Positions 17,019 through 26,972 are shown, counted from the stretch's first letter. The stretch: DNA of 64,000 bases from a virus (IMGVR_UViG_3300037245_003267:5731-69730), one strand, 5' to 3'. Notes: generated by a model from the sequence alone, not told the origin. Made by a program: numbers and translations.

Positions 17019-17459
17019 ATGGACATCAACGTGAGCTTCTCGGCCCGACTCGGCCGCCGCGAAGAGCTCAGGGCCTACAGAGCGCAGCTGGCAAGCCATG
17101 GCTACCAGGTGGTGAGCTCCTGGCTCGACAGCGAAGTGGACGACGCGGACGTGGACGAGGAGACGCTCGGGGACAGGCAGCAGCGCAACCTCGAGGACAT
17201 CGACACGTCGACGCTGCACGTCGCGTTCAGCGAGCCGCCAGGGCGCGAGGTGAAGGGGGCAACGCGAGGCGCCCGACACTTCGATGCGGGATACGCCTAC
17301 AGCATCGCCCGAGTCGCGGTGGTGGGTCCGCGCGAGAACGGGGCGCATTGCGAAGCCCTCTGCGACCGCTACGAGACATGGGAGGCCTTCTTCGAAGATC
17401 TCACCGGGCTTGATCCGAAGGTGGACGATGATCTTGGCCTTGATCGGAGCGAGCCATGA
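17019..17459 (+). CDS. Nucleoside 2-deoxyribosyltransferase-like fold protein
   Basis: GYQVVSSWLD...LEDI...GARHFDAG...VVGPREN. Confidence 0.65.
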   Translation: MDINVSFSARLGRREELRAYRAQLASHGYQVVSSWLDSEVDDADVDEETLGDRQQRNLEDIDTSTLHVAFSEPPGREVKGATRGARHFDAGYAYSIARVAVVGPRENGAHCEALCDRYETWEAFFEDLTGLDPKVDDDLGLDRSEP

Positions 17460-17707
17460 CGGCCTGGACGTTCGTCTATCGCTGCCGCCTGTGCGGCGAG
17501 AAGTTCAACGGCCTGACCGGCGGGATGCCTGTGTGCGAAGCGATCCTGATGCAGCTGACGTGCAACCCGCACAAACCCGCCACCGAGAAATTCGGTCCGC
17601 CGGTGTCCATCATCGAGGTGCACAACAACTGCGATGGCGGCATTGGCCTTGGGGACCTGCTGGGGGCGAGGGCGAAGCCACCTGTGCGACCTGACGGGGG
17701 GGGGTGA
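17456..17707 (+). CDS. Small Zn-binding protein
   Basis: YRCRLCG...HNNC. Confidence 0.65.
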   Translation: MTAWTFVYRCRLCGEKFNGLTGGMPVCEAILMQLTCNPHKPATEKFGPPVSIIEVHNNCDGGIGLGDLLGARAKPPVRPDGGG

Positions 17708-17928
17708 CGACGATGAAGAAGCGCCACCTGGTCTTTGCGCCGGCGGACCGCGACGTGCTCCGTAGCGCATGCGGCCGCCGAGTTCTCGAGCTCGGTGACA
17801 ACACCACCCGGGACCCCGCGGCGTGCGATTGCCTGCTCTGCAAGAAGGCATCGGCCCCGTTCGGGGAGAACCACGCCTGGGCCATCCCAGGCTACCACTA
17901 CCATGTTGAGGCCCGGGTCGAAGACTGA
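17704..17928 (+). CDS. Small Cys-rich protein
   Basis: ACG...CDCLLC; coupled. Confidence 0.6.
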   Translation: MTTMKKRHLVFAPADRDVLRSACGRRVLELGDNTTRDPAACDCLLCKKASAPFGENHAWAIPGYHYHVEARVED

Positions 17929-18020
17929 CATCCGGGTGTTTTCTGTAGCCACGAATAACCCAAAAACGAATCGGTGGGTGCGGCTCGGCAACGGGCCGCT
18001 CGCTGCCCCCTGGAGGAGCC

Positions 18021-18446
18021 ATGCAGATCATCTCTTTCGCCTACGTTGCGCCGGCGGTCACCGCAATCCGGAAGACCGTCACGAGACGTGGGTGGGACGA
18101 TGCCTATGCACAGCGCTTCCGGGAGGGCCAGCACGCCCAGGCGTGGGACAAGAGCCCGAGGTTCGGCGGTAAGAAGATCGCCATCATCAGGCTCACCGCG
18201 AACCCCACGTGGGAGCCGCTCTCTGACATGCCGGACGAGGACTACGAGGGGGAAGGCTTCGCCTACCTGCACGAGGCTGGCCATGTGCCGCCGAAGAGCA
18301 GTGGGCTTGGCGACTTCTCCTTCGAGTCGTTCGATCGCTGGCGTTCAGGAGGTGGTTTCATCTGGGTGATCCGGTTCGAGAACGTGGAGGTAATTGATGG
18401 CGCGGATTCGGATATGGGGTCACCACCCCATCGAACGCGTCGCTGA
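18021..18446 (+). CDS. ASCH/PUA-like domain protein
   Basis: ISF...KTVTRR, EGF, WVIRF; GGAGG RBS. Confidence 0.75.
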   Translation: MQIISFAYVAPAVTAIRKTVTRRGWDDAYAQRFREGQHAQAWDKSPRFGGKKIAIIRLTANPTWEPLSDMPDEDYEGEGFAYLHEAGHVPPKSSGLGDFSFESFDRWRSGGGFIWVIRFENVEVIDGADSDMGSPPHRTRR

Positions 18447-18447
18447 C

Positions 18448-18825
18448 ATGGATCTGGTCCGGCCGGGGAAGCGCAAGTCGTGCGACCCGGGCCGGGCCGA
18501 TCGCATCCAGCAGATCAAGGACCGGATCAGGTCGGACCCGCGTTGGAAGCGTGACCCGATCACCCAGGTCCCCACCAACGCACCGAAGCGCCGGCGGGAC
18601 CTCGGCCTCCCACCCATCAAGCGCATCCATCTCACAGAAGACGAGCGCGTCGAGATTGGCCGGTGGGCCGAGGCATACAAGCTGTGCCGCAAGAAGGACC
18701 GGCTTCAATTCGCTCAGTGTCTTGGAGCACTCTACCGCGGCGCGTCGACGGTTTCGGTTCGGAAGCTACTCCGCGTGGCGAACATGCGGAGCAACGGGAG
18801 CGATGACAATGGGCGAGAGCAGTAA
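18448..18825 (+). CDS. Basic hypothetical protein
   Basis: Fills the gap in the operon. Confidence 0.55.
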   Translation: MDLVRPGKRKSCDPGRADRIQQIKDRIRSDPRWKRDPITQVPTNAPKRRRDLGLPPIKRIHLTEDERVEIGRWAEAYKLCRKKDRLQFAQCLGALYRGASTVSVRKLLRVANMRSNGSDDNGREQ

Positions 18826-19567
18826 CATTGCCTGGTGCGATCACACTTTTAACCCATGGGTTGGATGCCGCGAGATCAGCGCCGGCTGCAAGCACTGCTA
18901 CGCAAGGGGCCTGGCGGCGCGCTACGGATGGGACGTTTGGGGATTACCCAAGCGCAGAAGGGTCACGGCCGACTCGACATGGAAGGGCCCCCGCAAGTGG
19001 GATCGCGCGGCGAAGCTGGCCAGGCATTCGCCACGGGTCTTCTGCGGGTCCCTCTGCGACGTCTTCGAAGACAACGCGGAGCTCGAGGGGCCGCGGGCCC
19101 GGCTGTGGAACCTGATCTGGGAGACGCCGCACCTGGACTGGCTCCTGCTCACCAAGCGGGCCGACCGGATCCAGGCGTGCCTACCTCCGGACTGGCTCGA
19201 GATGGGCTGCGAAGGCTACCCGAACGTGTGGCTCGGGGTGTCGATCGAGGATGCGTCGGTCGCGGACCGGGCCGTTCAGCTGGCGGCCGTGCCGGCGACG
19301 GTGCGGTTCGTCTCCTACGAGCCCGCCCTGGGCCCCCTGGCCGACGAGGTGAACCTGCTGGGCATCGATTGGGTGATCTACGGGGGCGAGAGCGGCCCGC
19401 ACCACAGGCCCAACGACCGCCAATGGGCGCGCGACATGCTGGACGTTTGCCGGCGTAGGCAGGTCGCCTTCTTCTACAAGCAATCGGGCGGTGTGCGGCC
19501 TGGTGAGGGCGTGGAGCTCGACGGCGAGTTGATCCAGGAATTCCCGCGGGTTTCTCTGCTGGATTAA
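18809..19567 (+). CDS. DUF5131 (Gp37/Gp68) family protein
   Basis: IAWCDHTFNPWVGC..ISAGCKHCYA; LLTKR; WVIYGGESG; FFYKQ. Confidence 0.92.
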   Translation: MGESSNIAWCDHTFNPWVGCREISAGCKHCYARGLAARYGWDVWGLPKRRRVTADSTWKGPRKWDRAAKLARHSPRVFCGSLCDVFEDNAELEGPRARLWNLIWETPHLDWLLLTKRADRIQACLPPDWLEMGCEGYPNVWLGVSIEDASVADRAVQLAAVPATVRFVSYEPALGPLADEVNLLGIDWVIYGGESGPHHRPNDRQWARDMLDVCRRRQVAFFYKQSGGVRPGEGVELDGELIQEFPRVSLLD

Positions 19568-19857
19568 TTCGCAGAGGACACTGGCTTCTTCTGCCCGGCT
19601 TTTGCATGGTTGGTCCGGCGATAGGGCCACACTCGGGAGCAGCGATGACAGCTACATCCCCACCTAACTGACGAAACGTTCCGACCGGGATCACCAATCC
19701 CAAAGCAATCACGAATGCCCCCATGGACATCTGTGGAGAGCGTTTGGTGAGCTCCTGCAAAGACCCGGTCGGTTAAACGGCGCCCCCGGTCTCGATTCAT
19801 TCGTGATGCATTGAGGTGCAGCCGGGGGCGCCACCCTTACTCGAGGAGACATCCGCA

Positions 19858-20127
19858 ATGCCGAATCCAACAACGATCTGGAAGTTCCTGCTGTCCGTCA
19901 CGGACGTGACGCGCGTCCAGATGCCGGTGGGAGCCCACGTGCTCACCGTTGGCGTTCAAGTCGGCGAGCTCATTGCCTGGGCAACCGTGGATCCAGAGGC
20001 CCCGAGGGAAGAGCGCGAGTTCTTGGTCCGAGGCACAGGGCACCCGCTAAGCGGCCGGGAGGGTCGCTACATCGGGACCGTGTTCCCGGGCTCGCTCGTC
20101 TTCCACGTCTTCGAAGCCAAGGCCTGA
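19858..20127 (+). CDS. Conserved phage hypothetical protein
   Basis: IWKF...GTGH...YIGTV...VFHVFE; GAGGAG RBS. Confidence 0.8.
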   Translation: MPNPTTIWKFLLSVTDVTRVQMPVGAHVLTVGVQVGELIAWATVDPEAPREEREFLVRGTGHPLSGREGRYIGTVFPGSLVFHVFEAKA

Positions 20128-20129
20128 CC

Positions 20130-20399
20130 GTGGCACGGAAACCCTACACGAGCCACGTGGAGACTCTGATCCTCCGAACCCTCGCCGACGCCTGGAACCG
20201 CTTCTGCCGGCTGGAGACGCAGCACCCGCAGGAGAAGGCCGAGTTCCTGTCGGCGATCAACGCGGCGCAGAACGTGCTCGCGGTGCGTGTCGCCCGCCGG
20301 GCGGACCCCGAGGTGTGGCTCGTCAACCCGGCTGACGCAGGCGCCATCGACACGAGCATGACCCGCCTCTCGCGCAAACCCCAGAAGGAGAAGCCATGA
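20130..20399 (+). CDS. Hypothetical protein
   Basis: Operon-coupled. Confidence 0.7.
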   Translation: MARKPYTSHVETLILRTLADAWNRFCRLETQHPQEKAEFLSAINAAQNVLAVRVARRADPEVWLVNPADAGAIDTSMTRLSRKPQKEKP

Positions 20400-20626
20400 C
20401 GACGGGCGGCGACGCGAATGAGCGGGGCGCGCACCAGATGCGGCAGGTGGCGATCGTGCTGGCGAACATCGCCGGCGCCAACGCTGAGGTCGAAGCGATG
20501 AAGGCGGCGAACCATGAGCGCCGCAGCCATGGCTACTCGGACGCCTACGGTGACGAGCAGTTCCGCGAGGTCATCAACACCTGGCAGATTCACTCGAACG
20601 CCGTCATCACCACGCTGAACCAGTAA
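20396..20626 (+). CDS. Hypothetical protein
   Basis: AAGGAG RBS, ATGA overlap. Confidence 0.75.
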   Translation: MTTGGDANERGAHQMRQVAIVLANIAGANAEVEAMKAANHERRSHGYSDAYGDEQFREVINTWQIHSNAVITTLNQ

Positions 20627-20637
20627 GGGGGCAGAGC

Positions 20638-21738
20638 ATGGAGCGGGAAGCAAAGACACGAAACAAGGGGTGCGCCAAGAAGGCCGTGGCCAGGGTGTTC
20701 GACGGCCAGGGGTTCGCGCCTAAAACGAGCGTGCTGAAGCAGGCCGTCCAGCACCTTGCGCTTGAAACAGACGCGAACCTCGCGGAGTTCCGCGCGGAGA
20801 TCAGGGCGCTGAACGAGGTGATGGTCGAGAAGGACGCAGGTCTCGCCGCGAAGATCGAGAAGGCTGGCCGTGGGATCGACTCCGACAGGGTGATCGGTGC
20901 GCTGCTCAAGGGGCAGGCCGCGGAGGATGCCGCCCTCCGAAACGAGATCAGGGAGACGACGGCCACGGCCGACGACCTCTACCATCGCCTGCTGCACGAG
21001 GGCGCTGCCAAGGAGGGCGCCATCGAGCAGGCCCGGTCCTGGAAGCAGGAGGCCAGGACGCAGCAGGGGATCGTCCGCGACATCTTCGACGCGCTCGGGC
21101 TCGCGGACGTCAACCCCGGGTTCGAGGTGTCGACCGTCCTGGGAAGGCTCAAGTGGAAGCAGCGGGACGCGGATGCTGATGCCGAGCTCGCCACGCTCCA
21201 CCCCGTTGATGCCGAGGTCTCCAGGCAGATCACCAGTGGCATCCGCGAGAGCCAAGAGGACCCGCCTGCCTACACGGCGCAGGTGCCGCCTCTCGGGTGG
21301 TTCAAGGGGATCGGCAAGCACATCCTCGATGAGACCGCGGCGGTCGAGATAAACCGGACCGCGCTGATCGCGCAAACGGTCGTGGAGGTTCGGGAGCGGC
21401 TTCTGAAGCTCAAGCCGGCCGACGCGTGCCAATTCGCGGTCGTGACGCAGGTGTCCGACGCGGCCGCCGGCGACGCGGGGAACCTGGCGGTCGGCGAGGC
21501 CTACCACGTCAACCCCCAGATGCCGATGAAGTGCACCCCGATCGCAGCGCACCTGGCGCTGGCCTTCCGGGTGCCGGTCTTCGTCAAGGGCGAGATCCTG
21601 GTGCTGGACGCCGCCGGCCGCGAGGTCGCCGGCGCGCTACGGATGCCGGGCAAGTGGGACGTGAGCGTGGCCCTGTTCGACACGGTCGCGGGTGCGATCG
21701 AACGGGCGGAGAAGGATAGGGAAGGGGCGGGGTCTTGA
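20638..21738 (+). CDS. Mosaic hypothetical protein
   Basis: Long GC3-rich ORF. Confidence 0.75.
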   Translation: MEREAKTRNKGCAKKAVARVFDGQGFAPKTSVLKQAVQHLALETDANLAEFRAEIRALNEVMVEKDAGLAAKIEKAGRGIDSDRVIGALLKGQAAEDAALRNEIRETTATADDLYHRLLHEGAAKEGAIEQARSWKQEARTQQGIVRDIFDALGLADVNPGFEVSTVLGRLKWKQRDADADAELATLHPVDAEVSRQITSGIRESQEDPPAYTAQVPPLGWFKGIGKHILDETAAVEINRTALIAQTVVEVRERLLKLKPADACQFAVVTQVSDAAAGDAGNLAVGEAYHVNPQMPMKCTPIAAHLALAFRVPVFVKGEILVLDAAGREVAGALRMPGKWDVSVALFDTVAGAIERAEKDREGAGS

Positions 21739-22118
21739 GCTACTACGACTCGCTGCTGAAGGCCCGCTCGCTCTGCGCGGACATGGGCCAGGACCCGAAG
21801 TCGATGTTCCTGCTGACCGCCAAGAACGCGCTGACGGAGGCGTTCGCGGCCGGCGCGGCGTCCAGGGACCACACGATCGCTGGCGCGGTCCTTCGCCGCG
21901 AGCTTGAGATGCTCGCGGCCATCGAGGAGGTCGCGCATGGAGGCTCGCTTGAGCTTGGCCTCATGGCGTTTGTGGGCGGAAAACGGGTGGCGATCTCTCC
22001 AGACCGGATCGAGCGCCTCATCCCGAACCTGCGCCTGAAGATGCACGAGCTCGCGCCGTTCGCTCTCGAGGTTCTGAACACCTACCAGCGGGTGAAGGAC
22101 AAGGAGGCCCTGGGATGA
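21735..22118 (+). CDS. Hypothetical protein
   Basis: TTGA overlap. Confidence 0.7.
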   Translation: MSYYDSLLKARSLCADMGQDPKSMFLLTAKNALTEAFAAGAASRDHTIAGAVLRRELEMLAAIEEVAHGGSLELGLMAFVGGKRVAISPDRIERLIPNLRLKMHELAPFALEVLNTYQRVKDKEALG

Positions 22119-22621
22119 TCGAGCCCCGGTTCTCTACCCTCTACCGAATCGTCCTCCGATACATGGAGAACTTCCGGAACTGCCGAAGCGTGCAGTACGC
22201 CGCGCGGAACGTCGAGATCGACCACTACATCTCGCTTCCCGATCCGCCGCGGAGCCCCACGGACCACTTCCAGCAGGCGCTCGACATCACGTCGTTCGAC
22301 ATGAAGGAGGCGGAGCGCGAGACGATTCGAGTCTTCAAGTTCGAGCACCATGGCCTGGTCTACTCGGCCCAGACCGAGGTGGTCGTTGTTGACATTGAGA
22401 GCTACCGCCCGACCTATCGGTGGGACCTGACGCCTTCGGACAGCCGGCGCTGCCAGGACTGCAAAGACCGAGAGTTCGTCCGTGGACCGCGTGAACCAAC
22501 GGGGCATCTGTGCTCCATGCTGGACCATCGGATACTCGACCCGAAGAAGTCCGTCTGCGGCGGGTGGGCAAGCGTGACTGGAGAGGAGGTAGAGGCATGC
22601 AACTCCGGCGCCTCCGGGTGA
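22115..22621 (+). CDS. Hypothetical protein with C-terminal Cys cluster
   Basis: AAGGAGG RBS; CQDC...C...C. Confidence 0.7.
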   Translation: MIEPRFSTLYRIVLRYMENFRNCRSVQYAARNVEIDHYISLPDPPRSPTDHFQQALDITSFDMKEAERETIRVFKFEHHGLVYSAQTEVVVVDIESYRPTYRWDLTPSDSRRCQDCKDREFVRGPREPTGHLCSMLDHRILDPKKSVCGGWASVTGEEVEACNSGASG

Positions 22622-22854
22622 TGCAGCAGAAGCTGCGGGCCGCGCTGCGCGAGCGAGACGAGTTGAAGCGACAGGTGGTCTCGCTGACCTCCTACCACGA
22701 ACAGCGCGACGATTGGGCGGACACCCGTTCGGCAGAGCACCAGGATGCGGTTCTGCGGTTGGAGTCTTCGCGGGCCGAGGCTGACCGATATCACGAGGAG
22801 GCATCGGAGATGCATGAACGCCTCCGCGACATTGAGGACAGAGCACGATGCTGA
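22597..22854 (+). CDS. Coiled-coil protein
   Basis: AGGAGG RBS. Confidence 0.65.
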   Translation: MQLRRLRVMQQKLRAALRERDELKRQVVSLTSYHEQRDDWADTRSAEHQDAVLRLESSRAEADRYHEEASEMHERLRDIEDRARC

Positions 22855-23342
22855 TCGACCCGATGCGCAAGCTGGCGGAACTCTGGTACAGGTTTACGCA
22901 GCAGGACCCACCTGGCGACCCACCGATCTCTCAGACGGTCGAGATCCTCGACGTGGCGATGCGGCCGGAGTCGCACGAGGTCTACAACCCCGCGCAGCTT
23001 GACGTGGAGGGCGCGCTCGAGCGGCTGTTCGAGATGCACGACGAGGTGGCGAAGTTCCTGGCAACGTACCAGGAGCGCGACCGAAACGGGTTCATGGCCG
23101 ACGAGGAGGAGACTCTCGAGAAGGCGCTGGAGCACTGCCCTTCGAAGCCGAACCGCAAGCGCGTGGTGTCGAACCTCCGGTCGATCCCGCAGGCCCCGCG
23201 GCGGATGGCGATGTTCTCGACGCTCACGTCGATCGCCACCGAATATCCGATCTGCCTGACCGACGTGATGGCGATCGCCAAGCGGCTCGGGGTGGAGGTC
23301 TGCCCCTGGATGCCGACGAGCAAAGACGAGGTGGTCGGATGA
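22848..23342 (+). CDS. Hypothetical protein
   Basis: Operon-coupled. Confidence 0.7.
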   Translation: MLIDPMRKLAELWYRFTQQDPPGDPPISQTVEILDVAMRPESHEVYNPAQLDVEGALERLFEMHDEVAKFLATYQERDRNGFMADEEETLEKALEHCPSKPNRKRVVSNLRSIPQAPRRMAMFSTLTSIATEYPICLTDVMAIAKRLGVEVCPWMPTSKDEVVG

Positions 23343-23545
23343 CACCAGACGAGAAAGCAGCGCTCCGCGAGTTGGTCGCCGAGGCGAGGACCTGGGCCGG
23401 CGAAATGGAGCGCAGCGCCTACGAGCTACGTGGCCTGGGCGACGAGTGCGAGGATGTCGCCGCCGGCAACAGGAAGGTGGCCAAGACGCTGAGAGGCCTG
23501 GCCGATGTGGTCGAGGCGCAGGTGATCGAGGACGGGGCCACATAA
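23339..23545 (+). CDS. Small helical protein, paralog of the C-terminal half of the next gene
   Basis: ARxxAxExxRSAxE...NRK...LAxxVEAxVI shared. Confidence 0.75.
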   Translation: MTPDEKAALRELVAEARTWAGEMERSAYELRGLGDECEDVAAGNRKVAKTLRGLADVVEAQVIEDGAT

Positions 23546-23561
23546 AGACGGAGGGTTGCCC

Positions 23562-24014
23562 ATGGGAGACGAACTCGAATTTGTGACGCTCGATACTTTG
23601 ATCGGGCACCTTGAGCTCTCCGAACGCGCCACACGCTCCCTTTACCACGAGGGCGTCAAGAGCGTGGGAGATCTGTTGCGTTTCCCCACGCTAAAGATCG
23701 GGGACATCCGCAACGTCGGCGAGAAGACGAAGAAAGAGATCTTCACGTTGGTTCGGAGGCTCGCGAGGCGGATCTCGGAACGGCACATGGAGATCTTCGA
23801 AGCAAGCCGCAGGCTTATCGCAGACGCCCGCGACATGGCGGACGAGTTGACACGCTCTGCGGATGAGATGAAGAACTTCGGGTCAGTTTCCGGTCCGGTT
23901 GTCGCGCAAAACAGAAAGACATCCATGATGCTCGTGCGCCTGGCCGCGTTGGTCGAGGCGCATGTGATAGATGGGCCGGCGTCGAGCGCCGCGGTCCGGC
24001 TCGAACCGAAGTAG
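23562..24014 (+). CDS. RNA polymerase alpha-CTD-like domain fusion protein
   Basis: LELSERATRSL...VGDLL...IRNVGEKTKKEI. Confidence 0.8.
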   Translation: MGDELEFVTLDTLIGHLELSERATRSLYHEGVKSVGDLLRFPTLKIGDIRNVGEKTKKEIFTLVRRLARRISERHMEIFEASRRLIADARDMADELTRSADEMKNFGSVSGPVVAQNRKTSMMLVRLAALVEAHVIDGPASSAAVRLEPK

Positions 24015-24033
24015 GCGCGAGGAGTAGTGATCG

Positions 24034-24411
24034 ATGAGACGAGCGAGTTTGGTTCTTCTGCTGGCCGTTCTGGTCGGCGGGATGGCGATGGCGTGCGAGG
24101 CCCAGACCCCCAAGACCACCGGCAAATACACCGGCAGTGGTGGGATCTCTGTGAGCTTCACCAAGGATGCTGACGGCAACATGACCATGGTGATGACGGC
24201 CATCGATCGCAAGACCGGGGACTCGATCTTTCTGGGTGCCACCTACTGCGACGCCGATGAATGGACCGGCGGGGTGGGCGGGACCTTCTACGAATACTGG
24301 CTCTATTTCTATTGGGCCCGCTACAAGATCGAATACGTCAGCCCGACACAGATCAAGCTGGTTGACCTGGATGGGACCTTCACACCCATGACCATGACCT
24401 GGCGCGGGTAG
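24034..24411 (+). CDS. Secreted or lipid-anchored beta-rich protein
   Basis: Signal peptide; followed by a cUUCGg hairpin at 24419-24440. Confidence 0.75.
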   Translation: MRRASLVLLLAVLVGGMAMACEAQTPKTTGKYTGSGGISVSFTKDADGNMTMVMTAIDRKTGDSIFLGATYCDADEWTGGVGGTFYEYWLYFYWARYKIEYVSPTQIKLVDLDGTFTPMTMTWRG

Positions 24412-24458
24412 AGATGGAGGCGCCCGCTTCGGCGGGCGCCGCTTCAAAGGAGATGGCG

Positions 24459-24809
24459 ATGGCGAACACGCTCGAAGACAGGGAACGGATGCTGGCGGCG
24501 ATCCCGCGCGGACGCGAGAACAGGATGATCGCTGACAAGATAGCGAAGGCCGCAGCGATCGTGGACCCGGACTGGAGGACGCAGTCCAGCACCAGAAGCA
24601 TCATCACGGAGCTAATCATGGAGGGGCACCCGATCTGCTCGTCCAGCCGCGGTTACTGGATCACCGACAAGCGGGAAGAAGTTGAGACCTACATCGAGGA
24701 AATGAAGTCTCGGCTGCTGGGCTTCCAGCTTCGGATCGATGCGCTCGAAGCGACGGCCGCGAAGATGGGCCCGGCGCCTCGGCTCTTCGACGAGAAGGAG
24801 AAGCCGTGA
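24459..24809 (+). CDS. Winged-HTH DNA-binding protein
   Basis: IPRGREN...IITELIMEGHPICSSSRGYW. Confidence 0.75.
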   Translation: MANTLEDRERMLAAIPRGRENRMIADKIAKAAAIVDPDWRTQSSTRSIITELIMEGHPICSSSRGYWITDKREEVETYIEEMKSRLLGFQLRIDALEATAAKMGPAPRLFDEKEKP

Positions 24810-25087
24810 TCCTCCTGGCTTGGAAACGGCGGGTCCACAAGCTGCGCCGCTGGTTCTGTGACCGCGAGGCGCTGCTGTTCGAGATCAAGAGTCTCGAGCG
24901 GCGGCTGATGTTCCGTGGGTATGGCGTGAAGATGTCGATGCGGTCGATCGCGTCGATGACGGACCGGCCTGTTGAGGCGGTGATCGATGACAGCTACCCG
25001 CTCGACAAGCGGGACCCGAGCATGTTCTGGGCGCAGGTCCGGGTCGAGCTCCACAAGTGCCTCGAGGAAAGGAGTCTCCTGCGATGA
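24806..25087 (+). CDS. Hypothetical protein
   Basis: AAGGAG RBS, GTGA overlap. Confidence 0.7.
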   Translation: MILLAWKRRVHKLRRWFCDREALLFEIKSLERRLMFRGYGVKMSMRSIASMTDRPVEAVIDDSYPLDKRDPSMFWAQVRVELHKCLEERSLLR

Positions 25088-25644
25088 CAGAACCTTCGGC
25101 ACCGACGTTCCATCAGGCGGAAGCGTTCTGCATCATGAATTACGGGGCGAGGACCGGGGGCGCGACCGAGTTGATCTGGAACAGCCGAGATGGCGTCACG
25201 CCGTTCGGCATCGGCTCCAAGGCGCCCGGCAAGTCGATGCTGGAACACGTCGCCTGGAAGGAAGACAAGTGCAACCCACTGCACGTCCCGGAGGTTGGAG
25301 AGCGAGTGTTCGTGGACCTGACGCTCGAACGAGCGATGGAGCTCCGCAATCTCTACGTCCAGGCGATGTGGGACCACCCGGATTACCCCATGCACGTGCG
25401 GTGGCGGTCGATGGAGGAGGCGGTCAGCGACCTTGCGTGGGGCGACTACATGAGCTTCTGGCCGCACTCGCCGGACGTGGTCGTGGTGGATCGGGACCTT
25501 CACTACTTCTTCAAGGAGCGCGCGAAGCACCTGAAGAAGATCCCGTGGATCATCGAAGCCGCTCTCGCCCGCGCTGGCGTTACGATCTCCGTCGCGGTCG
25601 AGAGCCGGCCGCGGTTCACGAGGAAGACGGAGGGGCCCCTATGA
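25084..25644 (+). CDS. Conserved phage hypothetical protein
   Basis: EAFCIMNY...IWNSRDGVTPF. Confidence 0.75.
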   Translation: MTEPSAPTFHQAEAFCIMNYGARTGGATELIWNSRDGVTPFGIGSKAPGKSMLEHVAWKEDKCNPLHVPEVGERVFVDLTLERAMELRNLYVQAMWDHPDYPMHVRWRSMEEAVSDLAWGDYMSFWPHSPDVVVVDRDLHYFFKERAKHLKKIPWIIEAALARAGVTISVAVESRPRFTRKTEGPL

Positions 25645-25952
25645 TGATCCAGACGGTCTGCATCGGTGGCCAATGCCACGGCCGCGCGATCATGGTGGAC
25701 TCGGACAGGGAGCACATCCCTGTCGAAGTGCGCAGCCTCGAGCCAGTCACGCCCATACCGATCGGGGCCGAGCTCCCCGGGCTTGTCTGCGAGATGTATC
25801 GGCGGTTCGAGTTCACCGTGGACGGCTATTGCAAATTCGTCTACGTGCACCCCGACTGGATCACCACGCGTCCGAAGCCGAGCCTATCGCCCATCTTCGA
25901 TGTGCTGCTCGACCTGGCGATGCACCCACAGATACCAGAGAGGATCTCATGA
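25641..25952 (+). CDS. Hypothetical protein
   Basis: IGGxxHG N-terminus; GGAGG RBS. Confidence 0.7.
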   Translation: MMIQTVCIGGQCHGRAIMVDSDREHIPVEVRSLEPVTPIPIGAELPGLVCEMYRRFEFTVDGYCKFVYVHPDWITTRPKPSLSPIFDVLLDLAMHPQIPERIS

Positions 25953-26173
25953 GCACGGAAATCACAATCGAGGGCGCGATCAACGGGTGGGTAGTGAAGG
26001 TCGCTGGAAAACTCCACGAGCCCGGAGCGGACCCGGTCAACAGGGGCACGCACGTCTTCCACGACGCGATCGATGTTCTGGGCTGCGTCGCCGACGCGAC
26101 GGGCGTCAGCAACTACCCAGAGCTCAAGGAGCTGATGGACGAGGTCCGGCGGCGCAGGATGGAGGCGCGGTGA
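25949..26173 (+). CDS. Hypothetical protein
   Basis: ITIEGAINGWVV; coupled. Confidence 0.7.
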   Translation: MSTEITIEGAINGWVVKVAGKLHEPGADPVNRGTHVFHDAIDVLGCVADATGVSNYPELKELMDEVRRRRMEAR

Positions 26174-26595
26174 TGGGAAGCGTGATCGACCAGATCAAGG
26201 GATTCCTCTCGGCGGCCGTTGACGGCCCGTTCTATCCCATCGTCACCAGGGAGCCAGACGACTGGGCGCTTTGCATCCGGCGCGAGGACAGTCATGGCGA
26301 CGACGACTATCACGACATGGTCTACGGGCAGAGGGAGGAAGCCGGGCCGGTGGTTCAGGTAGCAGCTGCAACGCTCACTGCTCTCCCCCAGACCCTCCGG
26401 GTGCTGGACATCGTCCACGAGTTCCTCGAGGCCAGGAGACGGCTGCGCCAGGCCTGCTGCGGATCGAGCCTGGCCAGCCGGATGATGCGGGAGATGGATG
26501 CGTGTGAGGTGCGCCTGCACGACGCCTACCAGGAGCTCCTCTACCCACAGACCCCCTACACCCCCTACGAGGAGGCCAAGGCCGATGGCAGCTGA
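26173..26595 (+). CDS. Hypothetical protein
   Basis: GGAGG RBS, TGATG overlap. Confidence 0.7.
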   Translation: MGSVIDQIKGFLSAAVDGPFYPIVTREPDDWALCIRREDSHGDDDYHDMVYGQREEAGPVVQVAAATLTALPQTLRVLDIVHEFLEARRRLRQACCGSSLASRMMREMDACEVRLHDAYQELLYPQTPYTPYEEAKADGS

Positions 26596-26869
26596 TCAGG
26601 AGATCCACGTGGACGGGCAGCTGAGCGAGGCGGAGCGGAAGCGCCTGAGCCTGCTGGACTGCACGGCCAGGCAGTTCGTCCGCCTGGTTCTCGACCTTCC
26701 AGACTCCTGGAAATTCGAGAAAGCGCTGGGCCCCAAGGGCGCGGCGGCTTTCCGGGCGATGGCCGAGCATGCGATCGACAGGCGGTTCCGGCGCGTCGGG
26801 AGCCTCGAATCGCTCCTGAACGAGTTGTTCGGGGCGGCAACCCCACAGAAGCCCATAGAGGCCCCTTAA
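26585..26869 (+). CDS. Hypothetical protein
   Basis: AGGAGG RBS. Confidence 0.7.
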   Translation: MAADQEIHVDGQLSEAERKRLSLLDCTARQFVRLVLDLPDSWKFEKALGPKGAAAFRAMAEHAIDRRFRRVGSLESLLNELFGAATPQKPIEAP

Positions 26870-26972
26870 GCGGCTTTGCCGGCTTTGCGTCCGGTGACGC
26901 GCTCGGAGGGCCCCGCGGCCAGCCAGCGCGGCCTGGGCGCCTGATCCGGCCAGAATCGAAAGGCGGTGACCC

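Noticed and set aside
19564-19800. Lower-GC gap as a gene or ncRNA
   Set aside because: Minus ORF lacks RBS and codon bias; no convincing stems or promoter match found
26585-26650. IHVDGQLSEAERKRL as a portal-fragment mimic
   Set aside because: Too short and generic to support by eye; worth including in a profile search
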